This document shows, piece after piece, positions 1 to 11,449 of a stretch of DNA of 64,000 nt. The DNA comes from Neoechinorhynchus agilis. Its lineage: Eukaryota > Animalia > Acanthocephala. The notes under the pieces are model-generated. The model was given only the letters and a program-made list of their open reading frames with translations, was not told where the DNA came from and searched no databases. Positions within the stretch are counted from its first letter, which is position 1. Every line of letters starts with the position of its first letter. Both the position numbers and the translations under genes were made by a program. The DNA lies in contig JBMGUZ010000005.1 of the NCBI GenBank assembly GCA_051530055.1, positions 71,736 through 135,735 on the forward strand, read 5' to 3'.

Positions 1-701
1 AATACACTCAGGAGAGTCCTTCATTTGCCTCCCCTGAACATCGCTTTTTTCAGAGCGATTAGCTATTCACTTCTATCTTGTTCGGTTTTAACTAATTCTC
101 TAAATTATTCCCTACCTCAAATTAACAGTTTTATCAATACCACCCCTAATCTGTTCCTCTATCAACCACAAAGAACTTTTTCTAGACCTTATGAAAGAAG
201 ATCCTTCCGTTTTATTGGGCGTCAATTATATCAAGCCAAAATTCGTGGAGATACTCTTCTTGTCAAAGTGCTCTCTAGTCATTACTGAACTGCTCGATGT
301 CGACAACAATTGGTTTCCGACCGCGCTACCCTAAAATCCTTACAACCATTCTCATCGTCCTGATGGAATATGGTCTCTGGGAAGAAGAGGTTTATCAGTT
401 GGAGGTCGAAACTCACCTCATGGTTAAAAGCATCCTCTATGGAAGTCGTGGGCCATTTCCAGCCTAGTGTTTTTCTCAAGAGGTCGCCCTCCCGAACACA
501 AGCCACTCTTCATTCAAGAGTTCTTCAGGCACATTGATTTGCTACCAAAATCCTGGGCTGGGTTCCTGAAGGATCTTTGCCTGCAACGGTGCAATCGTTG
601 GACATCTTACTCACATTCCTAATTTATACTCATTGTCCATCGCACTGACTTATACTTGACTTATACCCGATATGCTGAATAAATTCTCTTTTAGTTTTTA
701 G

Positions 702-3446
702 GGTTTGTGGATTTTTGTTAGGCGGTCGATACTAATAAAAAGGTACGATGGTCGAATATGGAAACTAGACAAATCACTACATTTGCCCTTTATGTTCAAC
801 CGGACCCGAACTTCAGGGCTCAAAGTAACCAAGAGCGGTCGCAAAGAACCTGGTAATAGACAAACTGCGATTACTAAGGAGTTCATTGGAACTAGGGATT
901 ATTCGGAAAGATCTGTTTACCGATATGAACCAGTTGTTCTACATGTTTCCAATCTGGACTATAAAATGAGTCGAGAAGAGTGGAGTCTATATTTTCACAA
1001 ATGCTTCTCACAGATAGCCAGCATCATCAAGATCGAACTACGTGATTCCAACCCGATGAACAGTAATGAACGCACTTATCGAACAAAGTCACTCAATGGA
1101 TTTATCACGGTTGCTCACGAATCTGATGCAATGCAAATCATAAGCAGATTTCATAACAAAAAAGTGGGATATCGTCGTCTACAAATCCATATATTGGCAC
1201 GCAATGTTGAGCGTAACGGCCGTCAAAGTAATGTAATAGATCTTGAGCTTCTGAAAGATAGGATCTCTTTCTTACTTTCTGGTCATGATCAGATGACGCT
1301 TACGGATTTGAACAATATTTACCGTCAGCATTTCACTGATTATAATATAACGAGCACTGAGTTGCTTAAGATTCCACGGGTAGTTGACGTTATTAGTTCA
1401 ACAAATAGAGGTATATCGGTAAGATTGCGTGACACTTGGGGTTCGGATTCGGATGCAAAAGTCAGCAATATTGAGCCATCTGATTGGCAACCCTTACAAT
1501 TGCGAGTTACCTGTGACAATTGTCGTAGTGCTACTGTATACTCACCAATGGAAGCTACCGTTAAGGTTGAATCTCCGTCTTTGAGCACGTTCAGTGGAAA
1601 CGTTCGGAGATTGTTGGAACAACACGGCGGATCGGTGGATTTATCTCGATTTGTGTCTTGCTATAATGCTTTATTTAAACCACTGATCACGAACGCATCT
1701 TCTGGCATTTGCTTGGAACATTACATTAGCTGTGTGGAGGGCGTTACTATCATGTCTGATTCTACCAACACCCCCCAATGTGGAGAAAAATGCGGATCCG
1801 GTTTTTCTACCCTTTCTCCGGACTACCAGATAATAAAAAGAGTATCGTTGTATGAAGTATCTAATCGACAATCGAACAATAAACCATTATGTACGATAAT
1901 TCAATCCAAGACAACACTAGAGCGTGAGATTTTGAAGATATTAGAGAACGAAACTCACTGTGTGATACCAGCGTGTACGTTTTTGAACGCCTATCACCGT
2001 CGATTTCATAGACAACTACGAGTAGCCGACTATGGATGTCGAAAAATCAGTGAACTATTTCAATCATTGCCCGCGTATTTACAAGTCATCGGATCATTTA
2101 ATGATCAATACCTTACATTGCCTCATACCGTTCAAATGCAAAGGTTTCAATTGTCTCTAAGAAGGATATTCAGATCGACAAACAAAGAGTCAATAAATCT
2201 TGAAACTTTACTCGATTATTGGACGCTGTTAATCGGAAAGGCTTTTGATCCATATGATTTCGGCGTTACCTCAATACTTGATTTGTTGTATTGTCTTCGA
2301 TCATCCAAAGAATTTAAGATAGTCACAACATCAGTGTCTTCTACAATCTTTAGATTCGTTAAATCTAAACAATGCCTTAACTTAACCAATGATATTTTGA
2401 ATATTATGATTGACAAAGGTGGACTTCAAATTCGATGTTATGACTTACTAAACGAATTAGCCAACAGGCTAGGGAAACGATTTGCAGATTTTACAGATCT
2501 TGAATACGACTTTGATCTACTTTTAGACTATGTCGACTGTTCCTTGATTCAGTTATCAGAATGTCTCGCTACTATGGAACAGCAGGTTACAGTAAGTCAA
2601 ACTGGCCTTAAACTGGTACTGGGAGCTAAACTAGTCAAATTAGTTTCTAGAGGCGGCCGAAACTCGACCAACATTTCAGATTTGAAGCATTTGTGGTTTT
2701 CGGAAGAGATTGACGCACTTGACATCAATGCCTATGGATTCATTGATTTTTCTGATATGTTGATACACATGAAGGAGTATGTGAGTGTTCTTGGTAACGG
2801 CTATGTAGAAATATGCCCCCGTCGAATTCGCTGTATTCTTCTATCAACTATAATTGACCTATTAGATACCCAACTCAATTACGAAGATCAAATAGAACTC
2901 GATATATACGAATTCCAATCTAGAGTTAAAAATCAGTTCAATGTCCAGGTCAGATTATGTGATATCGCTTCTTGTCTGGGTGACGAATTAGTCTCAATAA
3001 AAATTTCATCATTCAAATCGATTGATACAGTTCGCATTTCTGGCACAAAGTGTCTTATGTTCGCCAAGGCAATATTATCAATTTTCTATGAGCGATATGA
3101 TATGATCAGACTGAACAATTATCCGCCCGGATATTCTAAACCTACGAGTGAACTTTGTCTAGATGAAATAATGCACATTTATGAACGAAAATTCGGCTTA
3201 CCTTTAGACCCAATCAATTATGGATGTTACTCGTATCCATCGCTTTTGTCAAGGATGCCTGACATTATCTCATTTCGACATCTTGTTACGAATGGTGGAT
3301 CGGATCTTACTTTAATTTCGTTATCCCTTGCTTTCCAGTCCCTTTATTACCATTGGGTCAATTCCGTAAAAGTTGGGAATGCGAGCCAATTGATAAGAAA
3401 TAAAATAGAGCAATGCTCACCGTTAAACAAATTCGTCGACAACTGA
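702..3446 (+). CDS. MARF1: MARF1/limkain-b1-like protein (one RRM followed by multiple LOTUS/OST-HTH repeats); large single exon, N-terminus uncertain
   Basis: 913-aa ORF. VVLHVSNLDYKMSREEW...DAMQIISRFHNKKVGYRRLQI resembles the second RRM of MARF1, followed by repeated LOTUS-type motifs (YHRRFHRQLRVADYGC, FDPYDFGVTSILDLL, YERKFGLPLDPINYGCYSYPSLL). In-frame TAG at 699-701 doubles as a polypyrimidine-AG acceptor (ctcttttagtttttag); first ATG is at 792. Confidence 0.85.
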   Translation, partial: GLWIFVRRSILIKRYDGRIWKLDKSLHLPFMFNRTRTSGLKVTKSGRKEPGNRQTAITKEFIGTRDYSERSVYRYEPVVLHVSNLDYKMSREEWSLYFHKCFSQIASIIKIELRDSNPMNSNERTYRTKSLNGFITVAHESDAMQIISRFHNKKVGYRRLQIHILARNVERNGRQSNVIDLELLKDRISFLLSGHDQMTLTDLNNIYRQHFTDYNITSTELLKIPRVVDVISSTNRGISVRLRDTWGSDSDAKVSNIEPSDWQPLQLRVTCDNCRSATVYSPMEATVKVESPSLSTFSGNVRRLLEQHGGSVDLSRFVSCYNALFKPLITNASSGICLEHYISCVEGVTIMSDSTNTPQCGEKCGSGFSTLSPDYQIIKRVSLYEVSNRQSNNKPLCTIIQSKTTLEREILKILENETHCVIPACTFLNAYHRRFHRQLRVADYGCRKISELFQSLPAYLQVIGSFNDQYLTLPHTVQMQRFQLSLRRIFRSTNKESINLETLLDYWTLLIGKAFDPYDFGVTSILDLLYCLRSSKEFKIVTTSVSSTIFRFVKSKQCLNLTNDILNIMIDKGGLQIRCYDLLNELANRLGKRFADFTDLEYDFDLLLDYVDCSLIQLSECLATMEQQVTVSQTGLKLVLGAKLVKLVSRGGRNSTNISDLKHLWFSEEIDALDINAYGFIDFSDMLIHMKEYVSVLGNGYVEICPRRIRCILLSTIIDLLDTQLNYEDQIELDIYEFQSRVKNQFNVQVRLCDIASCLGDELVSIKISSFKSIDTVRISGTKCLMFAKAILSIFYERYDMIRLNNYPPGYSKPTSELCLDEIMHIYERKFGLPLDPINYGCYSYPSLLSRMPDIISFRHLVTNGGSDLTLISLSLAFQSLYYHWVNSVKVGNASQLIRNKIEQCSPLNKFVDN

Positions 3447-4227
3447 AGCGATTTGCTGGCTGTCAATCGCGAGGATTTCTCTGCATTCTTCATTGTAAAA
3501 TAAAGAATCCTTAATTTAGTAAAATGTCGTAGGCGGCAATTGGCTTTCACGTGAAGGCATTTAAGAGTAGTTTTTGATAATAAAACTCTTGTGGAACAAA
3601 ACGACTTCATCATATACCCGGCCATTTCTGTAAAAAGCAATTCAAATACTCTTAACTTGGTCGTTAATTAAGCCGCCGCATTTCCTGGAACGTTTATTAT
3701 TTCTACAAATAATGTTCTTTAGCTGTTGTGAAAAGACCCATCGACCGTAATTTGCTGCATCAAACTATGGACTATAGCCCCTTACCGCGATTTCGTTATC
3801 CATCAAATTTTTGTGCCATAAAAACGCACTTGTTGTGTTTTATCCACTTTGACGATTACCGATTGCTAGAAAAACTGGTCGCCGATCTAATCAACGTGTT
3901 TCTTGGAAAAATAGGTAAATAATTAAGTGGCAACATTGTTTCATCTAGAAACGGATTACCCGATTGGTATAGTTTTATTCGTTATTGGCTTTTCTATACA
4001 AAAAAACCCGATTTATCTGATAATTTTAGAGTGTGGTTAGTTTATGAATTGTTATTGTGGCGTGGAAGGTTTTTTTGACAAATGGAAGAAAATCCTGGTA
4101 CAAATCAGGGGCGCACTCGTGTTCTATAATCTCAAGATTTTGTGTCAAACAAGTAAACAGTTTATAAATAAACAAACATGCAAAACAAATCATCAATAGC
4201 AGAGATCGAGATCGGAAAACGAATAAA

Positions 4228-5839
4228 TTACAGCGGATCAAGTACCTGCATCTTGGCGGTTCCCCTGTGGGCACGGTTGTTGTGGAGAATCGCAAGCTTG
4301 TAGAAGGTGGTAGTATAATTGCATGATGTGCACCGGACAGCTCCGCCTTGCAAATGCAATCCCAGATGATCCACTTGATTCTCGAGTGCACAATCTATGC
4401 GCACTTTGCAAAAAGAGCAAATAATATTGTCTTTTTGAAGCTTCACGGTATTGGATTTCTTAAGATGCGATTTCGAGAGCGTCTTCTTTTTGTTCGAATG
4501 AATGAAGACATCGACTTGTCGACTGATTTCCATTATTCCCTCATACCTCTCAGGGTAGTAGGCAGTGTAGATCCGGAAATAATCGAGGAACATTTGTTCA
4601 ATTTGTTTTCCTTTTGAGTGTGCATTCACCTTTTGTCTCATTTCCAAAAGGCGGCCAGCGATGTGCTGCAAGAGTTGGTCGAAAGAGAGGTTTTCATAGA
4701 GAATAAATCCACACAGTGATTCAGTGTTCAAAATGGTCCCGAAAGTGCTCTCGTATAATTTTAACGTGTTCATGGCTGTATTGTTTCCCAAATCATGATA
4801 AGACTCGTTCAATACGCCCACCGACTGATGAATCTGTGCGATGTGTTGGCGCATTGACTCCTGACTTTCTCCGCGATAGAAGCATTTAGCGCATTTGAAC
4901 TGCTTCAATGGATTGATCAAGGGCATTGAGGATGGAAGATTTGGTTCGCCAATATAAAAGCGTGGAACATCGATCGGCACTTTAGACTGGGCCACCAAAT
5001 GGTTCAATTGGAACATGTCCTTATGACCTGACTCGTTTTCCATCTTTATAAACTTTTGCGGGTGCGATAGCTCGGCGGATCTATCTAGCGCGCCCGCACA
5101 AAACGGTTGACGTTTTCGTCGGTGGCTTGAGTGACGATGTCTCTCCAGGATGTACATATCGATTGTGGCCTTCGCTTCCTCCTCCGGTAAGACCTCTACA
5201 ACCGCTTCGTGTGGCTCGTATTTTTTCCTGTTCCGAATGTGCTTTTGGACGTCCGACTTATAGTTCGCTCTTTGGCCACAAAATGAACATTTGAACGGTT
5301 TGAGGTTATGGTGTGCCGCCATGTGGATATAGAATTTGTCAGTTGAATAAGTCCCGAACTTGAAACAGATATCGCACTCCATTCGACCCGCTCGTTGGCT
5401 CCTTGGACCCGGCAGTCGCACTTTCATGGACGACATCGCAGGCGTTGGCAGAACTGATTTAGCGCCCGTTGTGTCCCTACGATAGCAACCCTGTTCAAGT
5501 TTAAACCTTTCTTAAGGTGTACTCACATTATTCGACTCGTGATAGATACAACTCTAGGTTGGTCCTTATGCTTTCTGCTTTGATGCTTGCATACATCGGC
5601 CCGATATTTGGATTTGTACGGACAATAATGGCACTCATACAGTCGACATTGAATCTTTTGTCCACTTGAGAGTGCGGACTCCGGTTTAATGGAGGTTTCC
5701 CTGGTTAAACGATTATCCGAGTACTCATTAGAAGATATGGCTAAAAGATCGAGTCAAATGTCACGCGAACTAGACACTTACCCAAGTACGCATTCAACTC
5801 AGCGTGGATTTGCTTGGGAGTAATCGCCGATAGTTCCAT
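4228..5839 (-). CDS. C2H2 zinc-finger protein, 3 exons: 5839-5782, 5740-5527, 5476-4228 (~506 aa)
   Basis: The 402-aa ORF extends upstream in frame across two GT-AG introns (5781-5741, 41 nt; 5526-5477, 50 nt) with consistent phases, adding another finger (YECHYCPYKSKYRADVCKHQSRKH). About six C2H2-type fingers in total. The start codon is tentative; the frame stays open to an AG near 5888. Confidence 0.8.
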
Positions 5840-5863
5840 CTTTTTATAAGTATTCACCGCTAC

Positions 5864-5887
5864 CAACAACAACAACAACAACAACAG
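5864..5887 (+). repeat. (CAA)7 microsatellite
   Basis: caacaacaacaacaacaacaacag read directly; poly-Leu (TTG) if the zinc-finger frame extends further 5'. Confidence 0.9.
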
Positions 5888-6887
5888 CTACAAATCAGAA
5901 ACAAAAATTATATTCACAGCAGCAGCCGTCGTCGTCGGCCCAAGGTCCGTTATGATCGCAAACCTGATGTAATGCCGCCTGTGGCCCCCCATTGATTATT
6001 CATTCGGTGCCGCAGCCTTTGTACCTGCGTGTTCATCGAGTATTCATTGTTTTTGATCATTACATCAACTAAGGCCGATCGATGCGCTCTACTTGTGCTG
6101 GACGCAACGGCAAACACGGACCCGCTAAGACGAATCTTTGTGAAATCCTAGAAGTATTTAAAGCACAATGCCCTTGAATAAGACAAATTGGCAATTACCT
6201 TGACCAGGACCCTTCTTGTAACATGGATATATCAAATTATGAACTAATGAAGCGCTTCTATTCTTTGAAAAGCATCCTTAATTACATTCGTAATTTTTTT
6301 TGAAGAATCCGATTTCAGCCTTTGGTCAGTTTACCTAAAAATACCTACAAACGGAAGCAAAAATCCCTTCGGTCAATTTGATCGTCCAAAGACGTCAAGT
6401 CCTGTAACTCGACAAAGAATGCTTAAAATACAAGTTGGTGGATTTTCGATTAATCTCACAACCGCGTGTTATTCTTTTCGATTGTCCTTAGTCAATTTAA
6501 GCAGTTAAAAACAAATTAAGAAGTAATACGTCGAGGCAAATGCCACATTTGAGTGATATGCCGTTTTTGGACCGCAATCGTTTCTATGTTATTGGTTGTG
6601 AAATTGGAATAAAATTTTAAACAATTAGACGGCAATCATTTCTATTTTCCAAGCTGTAGAGTCTGAATAGAATTTAAAAAATCGAACAGCATGTTCCGGG
6701 TAATAATAACACATTTGATTAATGCACTCGTGTACGTCGAGTAAAATTAATTTATTTGGAAGCAAAGGTATTGTTGGAGATTAATGAAACTTGAAGATTA
6801 AATCCAGCAATCAAAGGTAAAAAAGCTAAAAAGAAGGAAATTATTGCGGGTCAGAATATTACATATCTACCAGCGAGTCGGTCTCAC

Positions 6888-7440
6888 AGCTAAAGTTATA
6901 AAACCTTTTCGTAAATGCAAGACTTGGTTTTTGAAAATATGAATTCATTTCCTTCAGGAATGTCGATGCTTCGCGGTCACATTGACATCTTCACTGTCCG
7001 TTTTCATCCCGAATTGTGGAATTGAAACAAACAGAAATCTTCATCGATGGATACAAAAAATTTTCTTTAATTTTTTTCGGTGCCCTCTGAAGTGTCCGAG
7101 CGGACACTGTACTCGTCATTGGGCTTTGGCCTGAGGCCGCAACTTACTGTAAATTGTTTCGAGATAGACGTGAAAGTTAGAAAGCTGTTTTTCGCAGTGA
7201 GAGTTCGTTAGCGAAAATCGATACTCTTTTAATGTTCTTTGAAAAGTGAGCCTTACCTTAACTCACGGAGAAAAACTTCTTGCGCTCTTCGCTATCTATG
7301 AACTCGTCAATAAACACCTTACCTTGAAAGTTGCGACGAATCCAACAGAGCTTAAAAAAAACTAAAATTATAATTAATTTTTACCTTTCAATACAAGTAT
7401 ATTTGAATCTTTGCTAAAAACCAGAGGGAGTGAAATATAA
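6888..7440 (-). pseudogene. 5' part of intron-bearing PTP-like gene remnant, copy 1 (ends just before the DYINAS motif)
   Basis: Same sequence as in the 13.7, 38.3 and 49.2 kb copies, with GTAAA/GTAAG...AG mini-introns on the minus strand. Confidence 0.35.
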
Positions 7441-8171
7441 AAGTCGTTAAAATAGTCAAGAGTTTCCATCGCAAATTCTACTTAGTATACAACGCCTATG
7501 CTTTTTCGAGGCAATAAAAAGAGTTAACGATATTCTTCATGTCATTTCAGGCCAATGATCTTTCAAGGAAAATAACTACAAAACCGCTTTTTAGACATAT
7601 CAGAATATTTCACAACGGAACACCGAAGCTTGAAAGGCTGTTTCTACAGTCGTTGGACAGCATTTTATTAAAAATACATGGAGACTTCTTGTTCGAAGAA
7701 TGAAATGATGGATGAGCAATAAAAAGCTCAGGAAAATATTATTGCTACCATTAAAATTCGAATTCGATGCCCTAAAGTGTTGAATGGAGGTTTCGAGCAT
7801 CGTCGTATCCGAATTTAATGGCAATAATTTAAGTGATTTTATGATCTTTTTGCAATGCAAATTCTCTCTTTTAAGAATCGCTTCTACGGAACCTCATCCT
7901 ATTTCTCTTCTACTCTTATCATTTGCAACTTCGTGTACACGCTTACCAACGCTCTCACTAATTCAAATTTAGAACATTGGAGGATTGGCTACCACAAATA
8001 AAGAAATAGTACGATATAAAAATCAAGTGCTCCCAAATATTTGTATGATTGTACAAGTGCTAATGAGCCAAGGCCTTGTTCGAATATGAAACATTTTTAA
8101 TTTCACGAACAGTTACAAAACTATATAATAATAACACATTTTATTAATAATCGATGCTTAACTTTGAACGG

Positions 8172-9017
8172 TCAGAAAAATATCCTTCTGAAGTAGTTGA
8201 ATGCCGCAACGGCCACTTGGTAGACGGCATCAATAATATTCTTTATTGTTGTCAATCCATTCCAAGGTTTCGATACGATATTCGGCTCCGTTTGCGTGCT
8301 ACTTTCTTGCAAATCTATTATCTTGCACGTCGCTGGGCGTACATAACGACCTTGAGGTTCTTTTGGTTCTACTTCACTAAATAAAGTGAAAAACTCGCTG
8401 CATTTTTCGAATTCCAACGACGACTCATTAAATATATCGGTTGATTCCTGATAATCGAGAAACGATTCGTAGTAATCTTCGTTTCCATTCCAAACGTGAT
8501 TAAAGGCCGGATTCTCACAATAGAGAAGAGGTGAGCCATATTCGTCCATTCCTGATCGTGAATCGTAATAATCAAAAGTCACGTTCTCGAAACCTGGTGG
8601 AGTTGAGAAGTATCCTTCGTTTTCGGGCTCGTAATCGTAATAAGAAAATGAGCAATTTTCAAAACCTGGTGGAGGTAAGCAATATTCTTCATTTCCAATC
8701 GATGAATGATTATTACTGAAGTCATCTATGCTTGGTGGTGACTCATTGAAAATAAAAGTGAAATCATCAAAGCCGGGCGGAGGTGCACAATTATTTATAG
8801 TATTATCTGCGTTTTCCAAAATTTTTTCGACTTCTCGATCGAGGTAAATATCATCATCGAAGGGATTATATATTTGGTGACCTTGGTGAATAATGTTGAA
8901 CGTTGGTGGATCTGGATGACTGAAACTATTGGGTTGACCAGAGATGTGGTTCCGCAGGAATTGTGCGCTTTCCTCGATTGGTGGTGCCCTTATCCCGAAT
9001 GGTTGTCTTGTCGTCAT
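8172..9017 (-). CDS. Orphan 281-aa acidic, aromatic-rich protein with three PPGF motifs, copy 1
   Basis: Intact ATG-to-stop ORF. Putative 45-nt 5'-UTR intron 9088-9044 (GTAAAG...CTAAC...TTTTAG). AATAAA on the minus strand at 8145-8140. Intact second copy at 39638-40483. Confidence 0.7.
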   Translation of the reverse strand: MTTRQPFGIRAPPIEESAQFLRNHISGQPNSFSHPDPPTFNIIHQGHQIYNPFDDDIYLDREVEKILENADNTINNCAPPPGFDDFTFIFNESPPSIDDFSNNHSSIGNEEYCLPPPGFENCSFSYYDYEPENEGYFSTPPGFENVTFDYYDSRSGMDEYGSPLLYCENPAFNHVWNGNEDYYESFLDYQESTDIFNESSLEFEKCSEFFTLFSEVEPKEPQGRYVRPATCKIIDLQESSTQTEPNIVSKPWNGLTTIKNIIDAVYQVAVAAFNYFRRIFF

Positions 9018-10599
9018 ACTTCAAATCTGTAGCTCTGAACTGTCTAAAATTAGGAAACTACGGTTAGTCGAGATTTTGGAGGCTTTACTTTCTTTATCAG
9101 GTTTTCTAATGATCCACGAAAAAGTTCAGTTACTTAACAGCAAAATGTTTCTATAAACCTGACGCAGCGCTTCGAATGGCAGGTGATTTTCAAATCATTC
9201 CAAATCAAAACTAATGCAATTTCTGCAAATTTTATGACATTTCATATCACTAAAACTCCGCTGAATTGCAACATTCTGATTCGAAAATTCTTTACTGTAT
9301 CGCTTGCGACACTTATCAAGACATTACAACGGATATCACAAACGTATTGATTGTCTACGGTTGAAACACCGATACGTGTTAAAGAAGTCGATTTTTATCT
9401 GTCGATTGAACCGTAAAATTAATGACACACAACTAATGAGGCGTGAAAATTCGTTTCGGAACAAGCGACTTAGTTGTTGTTAATACCTTACAGTTACTTT
9501 AGCATTAAAATTCGATGCTTTTTACAAAGACAGGTAATTAGAGCATGCTGATTGGCTACTTTTCATTGAGGAAACCATACACGTGATGTTCCGAAATATG
9601 TGGAGGGAAAAACGTTTGTGCTAATACCTCGCTATCTATTGATCGATTAACCCATTTCATCAAATTTTACTTCCAAAAATACCCCAAAAATACAGATTCA
9701 ATTCGAGATCTCATTATGTAAATTTGTCCGAAATTTCCACCCTCGATTTAATAGAAAAATTTCTTGCTTGGATTTCATTAGATTTTTGAAAGGATGCAAC
9801 GCGGACGAAAATGGTCTCGAAACCGTTATCCAATATCTCTTCTCTTTTGAAGCATTTAATTTAATTGAAACCGTTTTGTGGTCATTGAACGAAGAAAAAG
9901 ATTTGAATTCAGCCCCCCTGCAGGTAAAATGCAAATATGGACGCTAATTTTGAACTTGCGGAATCGAAAACAATTCCACCAAGCTCAAAGGCCTCAATCT
10001 TATAATTCCAACTTAAAAAATGAATGAAATAGTAGGAAAAGAAGCACTAAAAACGACGATGATAGTTTCACCAATATGCTAAAATGTTTATTGTGCCAAA
10101 AAATTAATAGTATCAATACTCTCAGTGTGCATTTCGGACCATTGCATATCAATGGGAGATACAAAAGCAATCGAGAGAATTGCTATAAAATATTAAATTA
10201 AAAGCTATCTTGTGAACGTCATAGTATGAATCCAAAAGACGATATCCGTGTAGATTCTCCCAAGCTCAGGGTAGAAATGAAGTATCGAAATATAATTACA
10301 CCTATGAACAAATCAACATCTAAGGAGGAAATGGATAAGCTTATTGAGATTAAATTGCCAAAAGATGAATGTCAAATTCAAGAGTAAAGTAACTATCAAA
10401 AAGAAAGTGTCCCTTCCAATTAATAAAAGTATCCATAAAAATCAATAGGTTGTAGATTCTATCTCTTGATAAAAAAAACAGCAATTGACATGTCTTAATG
10501 ACAACATTTTTCCTTCCGCAATATTAAAAAGCACGTTATAAATATTGCTCACGCGCTGGAATAATGACGTTCCTTGATCGATTTGGCATTGAGAAATAT

Positions 10600-10870
10600 T
10601 ATAGTTCTTAATAATCTTTGCATTTATTTGCATGGTATCGATGGTTATGAGGATCGGGAAATCGAGAAGTTTCAACGACCAACAGAATCAGCTGGTGGAA
10701 GTTCGAGAAAGAGGGAAATGAATAGTGATGCCTTAGCGGTCCTCAGGATCCCATTCGTTAGAGAAAAACCCAAGAGCGACATCAGGAGGCTCAAAAAGAG
10801 ACAGGTCTATAAATTCCATCAGTTCACAGGAGCCCTCCGAAAAAGCATCCGGCAAGCAATGTCCAAGGAC
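10600..10870 (+). mobile_element. Penelope-like RT thumb/linker fragment (module segment E); also ~32230-32560 and ~41450-41700
   Basis: NGYGYREIEK...LRIPFV...SDIRRLKK resembles the PLE linker between RT and GIY-YIG. Confidence 0.5.
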
Positions 10871-11420
10871 GATTGACGTCAAAAATGCCACTTTGCACGA
10901 GGAGTAATGCAAACTATTAGACTAAATGTGTTCAATGCGCACAAGAACAGATTCGAGTCGTCTACATTGGGAAGATGGACGTATTTGTGAACAGTTTCGT
11001 AATGCATTACCTAAAGAATGCCACTTCCTTTTCAGTTGGTTTCGCTGCTCAGTACCTTCAAGATGCATTAACCCGCTTGGTCGATCGACAGTGAGAGTGA
11101 GGGCTCAAATTCTAGATCAGATATCCATGGGACACGATCTTATTTTATTTGAATTTGGACAGTTCGATTTAAAGACTAAAGTGGTTTTCAATGACAAGAC
11201 TATCATTAATTTCAAACCATCAAATAAAATCTAATCTGTATAAAATTAACTGAAATGAATAATATTATGTCCAAGGCCCCCAATGATAACTTGGTCACCT
11301 TTTCATGTCTAAGGAAACAGAGACCCTCCAAATTAACAAATTTTCGTATGAGGTTATCAATAATCAGTGAATTGCAAGGAAACATGACCTTAAGTAAATT
11401 TTAAAAAGCAGAATTTTACA
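10870..11420 (+). repeat. Module segment F containing a 102-aa ORF of unknown origin; also ~32590-33160, 41700-42250, 57190-57700
   Basis: Four near-identical copies. The ORF is open at 10926, 32661 and 57210 and frameshifted near 41930. Confidence 0.85.
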
Positions 11421-11449
11421 AATATCTTGCAAATGAAAATCTAGAAAGA

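Larger units (their letters stand above)
6888..9690. repeat. Composite duplicon block beta (PTP-like remnant + PPGF gene + its upstream region), copy 1
   Basis: Colinear, high-identity match to ~38328-41150 by eye. Confidence 0.9.

Noticed and set aside
1-690. Upstream MARF1 exons or a retroelement remnant
   Set aside because: No recognisable NYN, RRM or RT motif in the frames I translated.
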